Notes under the pieces: model-generated
Databases searched by the model: none
What the model was told of the DNA's origin: nothing
Seen by the model: only the letters and a program-made list of their open reading frames with translations
Program-made: the position numbers and the translations under genes
Origin: Balanoglossus misakiensis
Taxonomy: Eukaryota; Animalia; Hemichordata
DNA length: 64,000 nucleotides
Reading direction: 5' to 3'
NCBI GenBank assembly: GCA_040954595.2
Contig: CM082578.2
Location: 2,338,831 to 2,402,830, forward strand
In this document: piece by piece, positions 25,646 through 38,863 of the stretch
How positions within the stretch are numbered: the first letter of the stretch is position 1
Layout: each line of letters starts with the position of its first letter

Positions 25646-28363
25646 TGTAAATTAACTCAACAGGTGGATAGTAATGTGAATATTTATGAGTATACAAGGT
25701 ACAGATGGAATGCTAATGAGGAACACACATTTGTATGTAAATGTAATTCAGGTGATGTGATTGCTTTGTTTGAGAAATGTGACGTAAGCATTGGTGTTAA
25801 TAATGATGAAGCAATAGCTTGTATTGTTAAAGCTTTCCAGCTGGCTGGTAGCAGCATGAAATGCCAGAACAGCAAACGAAACCAAGCACGCCCGCAACAA
25901 CCACCATGGTTTGACTCTGTTTGTTTCCAACAAAAGCAAGAAGTTAAAAGAAATCTACGTGAATTCAGGAAGAATAACTCAGAAGGGTCTTTGCAAGTCT
26001 ACAAACGTAGTCGTAATATTTTTAGAAATACATGCCGGAAGCTGAAAAAGGATTTTACGGATGCACTTTCAGCACAATTTAAATACCGTTGGGATTGTGT
26101 GTCTGGTAGTAATGATATGTGGCATTTTATTAGAAGCAGTCAAAGTTGTACCCAGAGTTACTTTCCCATCTCTGGCAAACAATGGGTTGAATATTTCACA
26201 CAATTAAATAATCCCCAAAATGTATTACCCGGGGATACACATGTACAGGTTGTAGGCTGGAATGCCGAAGTCGATATCTCAGATTTTATGAATTCAAATA
26301 TTACTGACCGGGAAATAATGAAAGCAGTTTTAGATCTGAAAAATGGTAAAGCCCCGGGCCCAGATGGAATACCAGCCGAATTTTTCAAATGCTCTATACC
26401 CACAATGCTACCTATCATGAATAAGCTGTTTAACAACATCTTTGATACGGGTAACTTCCCAGCAGGGTGGTCACAGGGAATTATAATACCATTGTACAAA
26501 AAGGGATCTAGAACAGATCCAAATAATTACAGGGGAGTTACGCTGTTGGATGTATTTGGTAAAATATTTTGTGGTATTTTAAATGAAAGGTTGTATAGAT
26601 GGGCTGAAAATACCAATGCTATTTGTAATGCACAAGCGGGATTTCGTAAAGGGTTTTCAACAATGGATAATATATTTACTTTACATGTAATCATACAAAA
26701 TTACATCAGAAGAAGGAAGGGGAAATTTTACTGTCTTTTTGTAGATTTTGCCAAAGCATTTGATTCTGTGGATCACAGATGTCTTTTTTTCAAACTTCAG
26801 TCGATTGGCTTATCTGGCAAGATGTATAACATTGTGAAATCTATGTATAGTGATGTGAAATCTTGTGTTCGTCTAGATGGGGGTGTTTCAGAATATTTTA
26901 ACTGTAACAGAGGTGTAAGGCAAGGGAGTGTATTAAGCCCAGTGTTGTTCTCCCTCTTCATTGATGAGTTGTATCACATGATTATTTCCACAGGTGCCAG
27001 AGGCATCCAACTGACGCAACAAATGCACGATTTATTTCTTTTACTTTATGCCGACGATATTGTTATATTTGCAGACTCTGTAATAGGGTTACAAAGGTTA
27101 ATTAACATACTCAATGATTTTTGCAACATATGGAAACTTCAAGTTAACATAGATAAAACCAAGATCGTAGTATTCCGTAAAGGGGGGGGGGGGGCATAAT
27201 GCAAAGAGTGAAGTTTGGAAAATGAATGGAAAGACTCTAGAGGTTGTGACTTCATATAAGTATCTTGGATTATTGTTATCCTGTAGAAACACGTGGGGCA
27301 AAGCTGTATGTAATCTGGCTGCTCAAGCACGGAAAGCTATGTTTTTAATTTTTAAATTTGAACGTAAAGCTGGTATGATAAAAAGAGATGTATATTTTAA
27401 ACTTTTTGATACACTGATACTGCTAATTTTATTGTACGGAGCTGATATTTGGGGATACAAAAACATATGGAGATAGAAAGAGTCCATTTAAGGTTTTGCA
27501 AGCACTCTCTGGGAGTGGGTCTACACTACAAACGAAGCAGTATATGGCGAGTGTGGTAGATATCCACTTTATTTAAATTCAGTCATAAAATGTGTTAAAT
27601 ATTGGTTGCGTCTCACTGAACTCACAGATGACAGGATGGCTGCGCATGAGTACAAATTGTCGTTTACAATGGATGAAAATGGACACACATCTTGGGCTAC
27701 AGAGGTTAAGCATATTCTTTATTCATATGGGTTTGGCATTGTCTGGTTATCACAAGGGGTGGGAGATATTTCATCTTTTATAAGTGAGTTTATACAACGT
27801 CTTTCCGATGTTAACAAACAAGAGTGGTACAGTGAAGTATGTACAAAAGACAGGCTTCGTACATATCGTAATTTTAAAAGCATGCTTGAACCAGAAAAAA
27901 TATATGTGTGAAATTACAGAGCCAAAACATAGACATGCACTAGCCCGATTGAGATGTTCATGTCTTGGTTTAAGAGTCCAGGAAGGCAGCTATGCCAACA
28001 TTGACTTTGAAGACAGAATCTGTGAAATATGTACAGGAGGTGTGGAGGATGAATTTCATGTAATATTCTTATGCCCATTGTATCAAAGCTTAAGATATTT
28101 ATTACCACATGACAACTCTGAGTCTATTTACGAAGAGAATTTTTTAACACTGATGAGGTCGAAGTCGCCAACAGTGTTAAGAAATCTTGGCAAATTTGTA
28201 CATAAAGCCATGATTTTGAGGAAGGAATATTTTTCATGAAAGCTTGAAGGTGACCTAATGTTTCTTTTTTTGTTGTTGTTGTTGCTGTATTTCGTTCTGT
28301 AATATATCTTACCATGCAATTGTCATATTGGCCGGTGGCCTAAAAGATAATAAACATTATATT
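25646..28363 (+). mobile_element. 5'-truncated RTE-X clade non-LTR retrotransposon
   Basis: RT motifs (KAPGPDGI, NYRGVTLL, QAGFRKG, VDFAKAFDSV, GVRQGSVLSP, LLYADD). C-terminal YGECGRYPL and C-x2-C...EDEFH...CP. Tail AATAAA-(ATTAT)n. 12-bp TSD ATATTACATTAA at 25634 and 28364. Confidence 0.9.
25664..28239 (+). pseudogene. RTE-X ORF2 (reverse transcriptase), frameshifted
   Basis: ORF pieces 25664-27199, 27222-27476, 27606-27911, 27784-28239 form one broken reading frame. Confidence 0.9.
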
Positions 28364-28375
28364 ATATTACATTAA

Positions 28376-28880
28376 AGGCACGTAAGCTGTAACTTTTGGG
28401 ATAATTTTCATAATTTTTGTTTCACACTGCACTACCATTAGTCCATGCAGATGAAGACAGTGAAATATACACAAGCATTATAAACCCTAAATATGAGTGC
28501 ATATGCAAGTTTTAACCAGATAAATAATAAAGCTTTGCCGCAAGCGATTATGGCCGTCACCGTGGGAAAATGCAAGAAACAATGAAAATGTTGCATTTCC
28601 AGTTATGAAACTTCATAAACAAAACATGATCTCATCCACTTGAGCTCATGGAAGCAAATGTACACCACTGAGACATCAGATTTTCATTTTTCATTGCAAT
28701 ATTGCACTTTTTTTTAAATTGCAGGAATTTTCGTTTTTCTTTAATTTTTTGGCCATTTTGTCATAAATAAGTGTTGATCTTGATATATTATCATGAAATA
28801 TCATTTAAGAGACATAATTTAAAGCATATATGAGATTATTTAAAACTTTAAATTTTTATCCAGTTACAGCTTACGTGCCT
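28376..28880. mobile_element. Kolobok-like MITE
   Basis: 18-bp TIR AGGCACGTAAGCTGTAAC...GTTACAGCTTACGTGCCT with TTAA duplication; inserted into the 3' TSD of the RTE-X element. Confidence 0.85.
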
Positions 28881-29944
28881 TTAAGGGGGTTCACACTGGA
28901 CATTTTATGGCGGTGTAGCACCTCGCAGACTTGCCCAAGTGAACCGCGGCAAAAAAATGACCAAGTTTCCCTGCATGTTTCTTATACCCGACAGATAAAA
29001 AACGCAGCGTAGATATTGAAATGAACTGGATTTATGAAAATGATAAAAATTACAAAGATAATGTCGTTAAAAGTTCTCACGAAAAAAAAAAATAGAAAAA
29101 AGTGGTCTCGAACCAACATCAGTTGACACCTCCAGGTAAAAAGGATAGCCTTCCTGAACCCTTCGCCATCACGATGTGTACTCGAAAAAGTCGGAAATTA
29201 TCCGCACTATATTGCAGCATAACTCCAATGATCTTATTTGTACCGCAGCGGTGCGAATAAGAGTTCCCTGCACCGCAACGATCTGACCGTTCTTTATTCA
29301 CTCCTCGGCGAGAAAAACGTTTTATTACGGCCTAAATAACGACTTTTTCGCTCCTTGGTTGGTCATGCGGACAGAAAGACACGGCTTTAGCGAGTTTATC
29401 TTTCTCTCTGCTGAGCACTCCGTATTCAGACTTGCCCAAGTGAACCGCGGCAACAAAATGACCAAGTTTCCCTGCATGTTTCTTATACCCGACAGATAAA
29501 AAACGCAGCGTAGATATTGAAATGAACTGGATTCATGAAAATGATAAAAATTACAATGATAATGTCGTTAAAAGTTCTCACAAAAAAAGAAATAGAAAAA
29601 AAGTGGTCTCGAACCAACATCAGTTGACACCTTCAGGTAAAAGGCTAGCCTTCCTGAACCCTTCGCCATCACAATGTGTACTCGAAAAAGTAGGAAATTT
29701 TCCGCACTATATTGCAGCATAACTCCAATGATCTTATTTGCACCGCAGCGGTGCAAATAAGAGTTCCCTGCACCGCAGCGGTGCGAATAAGAGTTCCCTG
29801 GCCCGCAACGATCTGACCGTTCTTTATTCACTCCTCGGCGACAAAAACGTTTTATTACGGCCTAAATAACGACTTTTTCGCTCCTTGGTTGGTCATGCGG
29901 ACAGAAAGACACAGTTTTAGCGAGTTTATCTTTCTCTCTGCTGA

Positions 29945-32911
29945 ACAAATCCCTGATTTCAACAATGCCAGCTGAGCTGAAGAGCTTTATAATCGCCAGG
30001 GGGCGCCCTTCAACACTTGTAATGAATGGGTTATAAAAGATGGGTTCATTGATAATTTCATCGTAGGAAACTGGTTGTGCACGAAAATACTTGAAAAGAT
30101 GCGACCAAGACTGAAAAAGTTCCCTGTAGAATGTAGAACACTGACGTAAGTTGGTAGGATAAAGTAACATTTTAAAAGTGTCAACACCACAATTGGGATC
30201 GAGATTAGTATTTAAGTTGTAGGTAAAAAACAGCTTGAATTTGTGAACATAATCTTTATCCAGCAATTTACACAGCCACTTGAGACGAAGTGCATGCACT
30301 TTGTCTTGAATATTTGTGACTTTTAGTCCCCCATCTTGAATGTCGGAAGTGATGACATCTTATTTCACCCTGTAATGACCTTTGCTCCAGAAGAAATTAC
30401 AGATGTGCTCATTCAAAATTTGTATGTGTTGCTGAGGCAAAGAAACAACAGATGCCCGGTACCACAGAGTAGACGTAACAAGGGAGTTGATAATGAGGGT
30501 TTTCCCTTTGTAGGACAATTTACGAAATGACCAAGATTTCAGAATTCTACAGATTTTTGGAATGCGCTGAGCCCAATTGAAATCATCAGCAACTGATTTG
30601 TCATGACTCAACATGACACCAAGAATGACCATGCCATCCGGTTGAAGCTTGACAGGTAAGGAGCAGTCAGTACGCCCTCTATTGTTTCCTATCCACATCA
30701 ATGCACTTTTGTTCAAATTAACCTTTGACCCAGAAGCTTTACCGTAATCACAAAATACCTAATACGCTTCGCGGATAGAATGGTCATCACTAACGGTAAG
30801 TGTGGTATCATCAGCATGTTGATAAACTAAAGAAGATACAGTACTGCCTGGAATTTGAATACCATGTATGATGTGGTTACGCTGAATAGCGGCATTTAGA
30901 GGCTCAGCTGACAGCACGTACAACATTGCTGACAGCGGGCACCCTTGTCTGACACTTCGTTTAATTAACACCGAGTCAGACAAAAACCCAATTTTTACAT
31001 TACTCATAACCTGGTTGTACAGTATGGAAATCCATTTAACAAAATTGTCACCGAACCTGAACGCCCTCAGTGTGTTAAGCAAATACTTGTGATCAACACG
31101 ATCAAAGGCTTTCATCTGATCAAATTTCAGAATGGCACCTGGACAGTTACTGGACTCAACATGATGAATGAGATCTCTCATACAGAAAACATTGTCCACA
31201 ATGTCACGACCCGGGACACAGCAAGTTTGATCCGGACTGACAATTGAGGGCATAATTCTATTGAGCCTAATGGCGAGTGTTTTAGCAAGAATTTTGTAAT
31301 CACAGTTGAGGAGGGTTATAGGGCGCCAATTTTTAATGTAACGGGGGTCACTGTCTGCTTTAGGGATTAAAGTAATAAGACCAGTTTTCCACTCATCGGG
31401 GAGAATGTTATTGGAGAAAATACAGTAGAAAATGTCAAGCAAATCATCTTTGATATCTTCCCAAAAGTGAAGATAAAATTCGTACGGTAAACCAACAGCG
31501 CCTGGGCTTTTATTATATACATTTAGAGAGGGCAAAGGTCACCTCTTCTACCGAAGACTCTGAATCGGCGACAGCGCACTCCTCATCAGAAACAGTATTT
31601 GTGATGTAACCAAGGAAAGTATTTTGAAGTGCAAGATCACAAGGCTCATTGTTATAAAGCTTAGAGTAAAATGCATGGGCTTCTGAGATAATATCAGTAA
31701 TGTCAGTGAGAATTTCATTGTTGTCATTAATTAATGATTTGATGCATTTTCTTTCCTGCTTAGACTTTTCAAGGTTAAAGAAAAACCGAGTGGATATCTC
31801 ACCCTCCTCATACCACTGGATCTTAGAACGGATTAAGGCCCCCTGGGTTTCTAAGGAAATAATGTTGTCAAGGTCTTCCTGTATGATATGTGCGTTAGTA
31901 AGATCATAGTCGATGAAACGGTTAGATTTGTGAAGTTCCCATTTTAGTTTTTTCTCTAAGGTTTTCTTCAAGTGGCGCCTCAACTTTGCCTGCTGTTTTG
32001 CATACTTCTGGGAAAATCTACGAATATTATGTTTTAAACACCCCCACCACTGAATTTTATTACTTGTATAATTGAGGTCAAATTTAGACTTTTTAATGAT
32101 ATCCAAAATATTATTGACATAAACTTCATCCCTTAAGAGATTTTTATTGAGAGCCCAGACTCCCGGACCACGAGGTGAGTTATGGAAATTGAATTTGAAC
32201 TGGATAAGTGCATGGTCGCTATAGGGAAAATGCATGATATGAGAACTTTGACACATGTGGACAATGCTTTCATGTATGAGAGCATAATCAATGCGACTCT
32301 GCTGGAGATTGCCTTGCAGATACCGTTGCCAAGTACTTCCTCTGGCGTGAGGATGTTGTTTGCGCCAGATGTTTACAAGGGAAAAGTGTGTGATGAAGTT
32401 GAGCAAATGTTTCCGAGAAGGATCAGCATGGTTTAAAACACTGTTGGATTGATCAAGGTAAGGATTAATTTTAGTATTAAAATCACCAATAACAACATGC
32501 ACGTAATCATCGAGAAAAAAATGAGAAAGATCCTCCCAAAACTGCGTACGGAGATGAGGTTGATTAGGAGAGTAAATGTTGATGATATTAATATTGTGAT
32601 GAGAAACCTGAATTTGTATGGAAATAATTCTTCCAGCAGAGTCGCATCGATGACCAAGAATTTTAACCTCTGACCGTTTTCTCACAAGTATTGCTATCCC
32701 ACTCCTCCTTGCAGAATCTGTACAATTATTATAAAAGAAATGAAAATCTGGAGCAATTTTGTTATGAATGTGGAGAGCGATCTGATTGTCCCAGAAGGTC
32801 TCCTGAAAAAAAGATGACGTCAGGGTGGCTATTTTTACAAAATTGCAGAACATGATCGAATGTGTGTAAATCAGAAAGGCCATTAGCGTTAACAGAACTT
32901 ATAACAACCAT
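29945..32911 (-). pseudogene. Tx1 ORF2 (APE endonuclease + reverse transcriptase), broken and 3'-truncated
   Basis: ORF pieces 32762-32956, 31513-32883, 30759-31535, 30360-30716, 29862-30299. Confidence 0.9.
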
Positions 32912-32999
32912 GGTGACAACCAGGAGGAGAGGGCAGATGTTAAAAGTACAACCCATTGTTATTTACTAGTGCATTTTTGTTTATCCTTATCATCATTTT

Positions 33000-34171
33000 T
33001 AGGCTTTTTTCGTTCAACTAAATTTGGTGTAAAACGTTTTTTCGAGGGTCTACCTGTTTTGCTGGCTTGAGGCTCAGTGTCTTTAAAGTTCATGTCATCT
33101 TATTTGCGGCGTTTAACCTGGCAGTTTGCGATTGCTGTTTCATCTACGTCCATTTCACTGGTTTGTTGACTTTGTTCCTGTTCTGCTACTGTTGTTGTTT
33201 GGTGTAGTGAAATGTCCTCTCCATGATCCTGCAGCCGCTCATCTGCTGATGTTTGCTGTTCCTCAGCTTGCACGTCGCTTGCTTGTTTCTGTACACTGCA
33301 TTGTTCTGCTATTTGTTGTTCACTTCCAATGTCCGTGGTTGGGTTTTCAGTTACTTCATTTACCTGTTCCGAGTCGATGTTGTGATCCTCAACTTGTTCC
33401 TCTTCATCAGAATATTGTTGGATAATGTCGTCTACATCACCATCACTATATATTTCAGCTTCACATTCCTTTGCCTTATGGCCGACCCTGTAACATTTAT
33501 AACATCAGTAATTTCCACAGGCACGTTCTAGATGACCCTTTTCATGGCAGCGTTTGCATTCATATTTCGGGCAGTCGTATATAAGGTGCGAAAAATCCAA
33601 GCAATAATTGCAGACTTTAGACTGATTAGAATGTAACAATCGAACATAGGGACCATTACGTTCAAACTTGACAGCATAGGGAAGAGATTTTACAGATACC
33701 GGAAATTCAATACGTACAAATCGTGTTCCTGTCTCTACCTCGGGTTCCTCTTCGTAGTATTTCCTTACGACTGGTCCTCTGATAGTACATACATCCGTAT
33801 TCTTTTAATTTATCCGTTATTTCATCATCTGTTGTATACGCAGGAACGTTGAAAAAAGAAACAGTTAACAAATTAGGCACTAGGCCTTGAACATCGACGG
33901 GACTTCCGTCAACAGCAAAGCCCTCATCCAGCACCAGTGGTGTGTCTTCATTGTCTTGTAGTGTCATTTGCCAGAGTCAGTTGACTTTCACACATGCAAT
34001 GACACTGCTCTGTCCAGTTTTCTCTTTCACGGCTCTTATTAACTGAATGGGCGAGTAATCTTCATCGGTAATACATATTGTGTTCAATCTGGAGGCAGTC
34101 TTTGAAGAAGTCCGACATATAGGCCTTTCACTCCGCTGACGAGCACCTGGCGAGCCAGGCAGGGCAGCCAT
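33000..34171 (-). pseudogene. Tx1 ORF1 (zinc-knuckle nucleic-acid-binding protein), broken
   Basis: ORF pieces 33977-34171 and 33707-33967, then frameshifted ETGTRFVRIEFP...SLPYAVKF and CCHC motifs. The 3' boundary is approximate. Confidence 0.8.
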
Positions 34172-34386
34172 ATTGGCGACGCCCTGCAGGGTGACGTGGC
34201 AAAAAAAAAAAGATTTGAAAACTCAACAAATCTTCAAAATACCTTGGAAGTTTGTCCAAATAGCACTTATACCAGCACCAGTATATCCAGTATTGAGTCC
34301 GGAAGGCACCAAATCGGTCAGTTAAAACACGATTGACAGAGCTCTCGTTCGACACGTCTGCATCAAAAAAAGAAATAGAATAAAAA

Positions 34387-34461
34387 GTGGTCTCGAACCA
34401 ACATCAGTTGACACCTTCAGGTAAAAGGCTAGCCTTCCTGAACCCATCGCCATCACGATGT
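34387..34461 (-). ncRNA. Putative tRNA-derived Pol III cassette (representative copy)
   Basis: ACATCGTGA-TGGCGATGG(box A)...GGTTCGAGACC(box B)-AC-TTTTT. Box spacing matches long-variable-arm tRNA-Ser/Leu. No acceptor stem. Confidence 0.4.
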
Positions 34462-37123
34462 GCACTCGAAAAAGTCGGAAATTTTCCGCACTATATTGCA
34501 GCATAACTCCAATGATCTTATTTGCACCGCAGCGGTGCAATTAAGAGTTCCCTGCACCGCAGCGGTGCGAATAAGAGTTCCCTGGCCCGCAACGATCTGA
34601 CCATTCTTTATTCACTCCTGGGCGACAAAAACGTTTTATTACGGCCTAAATAACGACTTTTTCGCTCCTTGGTTGGTCATGCGGACAGAAAGACACGGTT
34701 TTAGCGAGTTTATCTTTCTCTCTGCTGAGCACTCCGTATTCAGACTTGCCCAAGTGAACCGCGGCTAAAAAATGACCAAGTTTCCCTGCATGTTTCTTAT
34801 ACCCGACAGATAAAAACGCAGCGTAGATATTGAAATGAACTGTATTTATGAAAATGATAAAAATTACAATGATAATGTCGTTAAAAGTTCTCACCAAAAA
34901 AAAAAAGAAATAGAAAAAAAGTGGTCTCGAACCAACATCAGTTGACACCTTCAGGTAAAAAGGATAGCCTTCCTGAACCCTTCGCCATCACAATGTGCAC
35001 TCAAAAAAGTCGGAAATTATCCGCACTATATTGCAGCATAACTCCAATGATCTTATTTGCACCGCAGCGGTGCAAATAAGTGTTCCCTGCACCGCAGCGG
35101 TGCGAATAAGAGTTCCCTGGCCCGCAACGATCTGACCGTTCTTTATTCACTCCTCGGCGACAAAAACGTTTTATTACGGCCTAAATAACGACTTTTTCGC
35201 TCCTTGGTTGGTCATGCGGACAGAAAGACACGGTTTTAGCGAGTTTATCGTTCTCTCTGCTGAGCACTCCGTATTCAGACTTGCCCAAGTGAACCGCGGC
35301 AAAAAAATGACCAAGTTTCCCTGCATGTTTCTTATACCCGAAAGATAAAAAACGCAGCGTAGATATTGAAATGAACTGGATTATGAAAATGATAAAAATT
35401 ACAATGATAATGTCGTTAAAAGTTCTCACCAAAAAAAAAGAAATAGAAAAAAAGTGGTCTCGAACCAACATCAGTTGACACCTTCAGGTAAAAGGCTAGC
35501 CTTCCTGAACCCTTCGCCAACACGATGTGCACTCGAAAAAGTCGGAAATTTTCCGCACTATATTGCAGCATAACTCCAATGATCTTATTTGCACCGCAGC
35601 GGTGCAATTAAGAGTTCCCTGCACCGCAGCGGAGCAAATAAGAGTTCCCTGCACCGCAACGATCTGACCGTTCTTTATTCACTCCTCGGCGACAAAAACG
35701 TTTTATTACGGCCTAAATAACGACTTTTTCGCTCCTTGGTTGGTCATGCGGACAGAAAGACACGGTTTTAGCGAGTTTATCTTTCTCTCTGCTGAGCACT
35801 CCGTATTCAGACTTGCCCAAGTGAACCGCGGCAAAAAAATGACCAAGTTTCCCTGCATGTTTCTTATACCCGACAGATAAAAAACGCAGCGTAGATATTG
35901 AAATGAACTGGATTATGAAAATGATAAAAATTACAATGATAATGTCGTTAAAAGTTCTCACAAAAAAAAAGAAATAGAAAAAAGTGGTCTCGAACCAACA
36001 TCAGTTGACACCTTCATGTAAAAGGCTAGCCTTCCTGAACCCTTCGCCATCACGATGTGCACTCGAAAAAGTCGGAAATTTTCCGCACTATATTGCAGCA
36101 TAACTCCAATGATCTTATTTGCACCGCAGCGGTGCAAATAAGAGTTCCCTGCACCACAGCGGTGCAAATAAGTGATCCCTGCACCGCAGCGGTGCGAATA
36201 AGAGTTCCCTGGCCCGCAACGATCTGACCGTTCTTTATTCACTCCTCGGCGACAAAAACGTTTTATTACGGCCTAAATAACGACTTTTTCGCTCCTTGGT
36301 TGGTCATGCGGACAGAAAGACACGGTTTTAGCGAGTTTATCTTTCTCTCTGCTGAGCACTCCGTATTCAGACTTGCCCAAGTGAACCGCGGCAAAAAAAT
36401 GACCAAGTTTCCCTGCATGTTTCTTATACCCGACAGATAAAAAACGCAGCGTAGATATTGAAATGAACTGGATTATGAAAATGATAAAAATTACAATGAT
36501 AATGTCGTTAAAAGTTCTCACAAAAAAAAGAAATAGAAAAAAGTGGTCTCGAACCAACATCAGTTGACACCTTCATGTAAAAGGCTAGCCTTCCTGAACC
36601 CTTCGCCATCACGATGTGCACTCGAAAAAGTCGGAAATTTTCTGCACTATATTGCAGCATAACTCCAATGATCTTATTTGCACCGCAGCGGTGCAATTAA
36701 GAGTTCCCTGCACCGCAGCGGAGCAAATAAGAGTTCCCTGCACCGCAACGATCTGACCGTTCTTTATTCACTCCTCGGCGACAAAAACGTTTTATTACGG
36801 CCTAAATAACGACTTTTTCGCTCCTTGGTTGGTCATGCGGACGGAAAGACACGGTTTTAGCGAGTTTATCTTTCTCTCTGCTGAGCACTCCGTATTCAGA
36901 CTTGCCCAAGTGAACCGCGGCAACAAAATGACCAAGTTTCCCTGCATGTTTCTTATACCCGACAGATAAAAAACGCAGCGTAGATATTGAAATGAATTGG
37001 ACTTATGAAAATGATAAAAATTACAATGATAATGTCGTTAAAAGTTCTCACAAAAAAAAGAAATAGAAAAAAAAGTGGTCTCGAACCAACATCAGTTGAC
37101 ACCTTCAGGTAAAAAGGCTAGCC

Positions 37124-38830
37124 ATACTTTTTTTATCTTTTTTTTAAAAGGACAGGCCCACTGGCTTGCTCTGTTAAAAATAGATTGTACATTACAAGTA
37201 GCTTGTAATTACAGTGAAAAATTCATATTAAATAAATTCCATAAATTCTCAACATGATACCCTTCTATTGCAAATCATTACAATATTGATGAAAAATCAT
37301 ACACTGGAATGGATGCATGATGTGTAATCACATCATTCAATATAAACAATCTGTAAATTCACAATATTGCATTACAGCATTCCATCATTTATGTAAGTCC
37401 TACTCCAATCTGTCATAGAATTGTGACATACAATTTAATTACAGGAACAATTACCAGTAAAAGAATGTATGTAACACCAGAGGGCGCCAGGTTCAACTGA
37501 AGGTGACAACATAGACAAAACGACTGTTTAAAAATTGAAGGTAAAGTCAAAATCTTTTACCGTTACAAGTACATTGTTTTGTGCAAAGATGCTTTCAAAT
37601 AGCGCAACATCATCACTTGCTTTGCACCTGTTATATTCAAAAGTGATTTTCTGTTTTAATTTGACCAAAGAACTTGATCAAGTCGATTTTCCGAGTACAA
37701 CGCGTGTATGCTAATCTTCTACTATGAATTGTATAACGTGCAAGTGACAATAAAATATTGATCAGCGTGTACTCGTACTTGTCATTCTTGACAGGATAAC
37801 CAAATAACATCATTAGAATTCTATCTGTTGGGTTAAACTTATTTACATTACTGGCACTGTAGATATACTCAAAAACAAGTTGCCACAATGATTGAATTGT
37901 CTGGCAGCACACAGACAAATGATACACGTCTTCGGGAAAAAACGTGCAGAAGTCACAAGTCGGACTGAGGATTTTGCCTGCTTTATAAAGACGAAGATTA
38001 CTAAAAACAGCGTTGTGACAAATGAGATAATCCAGATCACCCAGGTAATTATCCTTGAAGTTTGTGTAAACAATTGGCCAAACCTTACTAAAATCAAAGT
38101 TTGGCAGGTGGAAGAGCCTGCAGGAAAGGTTTCTACGCACTATCTAGAATTGGCAAGATCCGCCAATTATTGGACAAACATACAACGGAAAAGATGGTCC
38201 ATGCATTCATTACGTCTCAGCTTGATTATTGTAATAGTCTCCTGTATAGTATTAAGGCTCAGCTGGATCGCCTACAATCGCTTCAAAATGCTGCGGCTCG
38301 TCTCGTCTCCCGGACTCGGAAGTTCGATCACATCACACCTGTTCTCATTGATCTGCACTGGCTGCCGGTTGATGCTCGCATCAAATTCAAAATTTTGTTA
38401 ACTACCTATAAAATCATTCATCGCTTTGCACCACTTTATTTAATCGATTTGCTTGAAATTTACACCCCTGTCAGAGATTTCAGATCAGCTGACTCTTTGC
38501 GGTTGGTGCCACCTCGTGGAAACTTTAATAAAAAAGGCATATGGGCAGAGAGCATTCTCTGTTTGTGCACCTGCTCTGTGGAATTCGCTGCCGCCTGTGA
38601 TTCGCAACGCCAGATCTGTTGACTGTTTTAAACGCCGTTTAAAAACTCATCTTTTCAATCATATTTGTGATCGATTTTTTTAGGATCATCTTCAGTATGG
38701 TTTTTGAACGGACTTTTAATTGGGAATTTTAACTGAGACTTTTTAATTTTTCTGCTGCTTTTATGATTATTTTATCACCGTCTTTGTAACTCGCACTGAG
38801 ACGTATGTGTAGTGCGTGTAAGAAATAAAT

Positions 38831-38863
<33 letters not shown>

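Larger units (their letters stand above)
29945..34363 (-). mobile_element. Tx1/L1-clade non-LTR retrotransposon, copy 1 (5' end intact, 3' end deleted, degenerate)
   Basis: ORF1 with two CCHC knuckles (CNYCLDFSHLIYDC, CKRCHEKGHLERAC). APE endonuclease (SVNANGL, QET, IYSPN, GDFN, SRIDY, SDH). RT (KNWRPITLLNCDYKI, DQMKAFDRVDH, VRQGCPLS, HADD). Confidence 0.93.
28926..37123 (-). repeat. ~500-560-bp tandem repeat array (8 cassettes) with a tRNA-like A/B-box cassette, interrupted by Tx1
   Basis: GTGGTCTCGAACC recurs at 29102, 29603, 34387, 34921, 35454, 35984, 36543, 37075. Units carry a variable number of 30-bp GCACCGCAGCGGTGC subrepeats. Confidence 0.93.

Noticed and set aside
29603-29677. Functional tRNA or vault RNA gene
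   Set aside because: No acceptor-stem 3' strand or anticodon arm. Box B lies directly before the terminator, with no vault-like closing stem.
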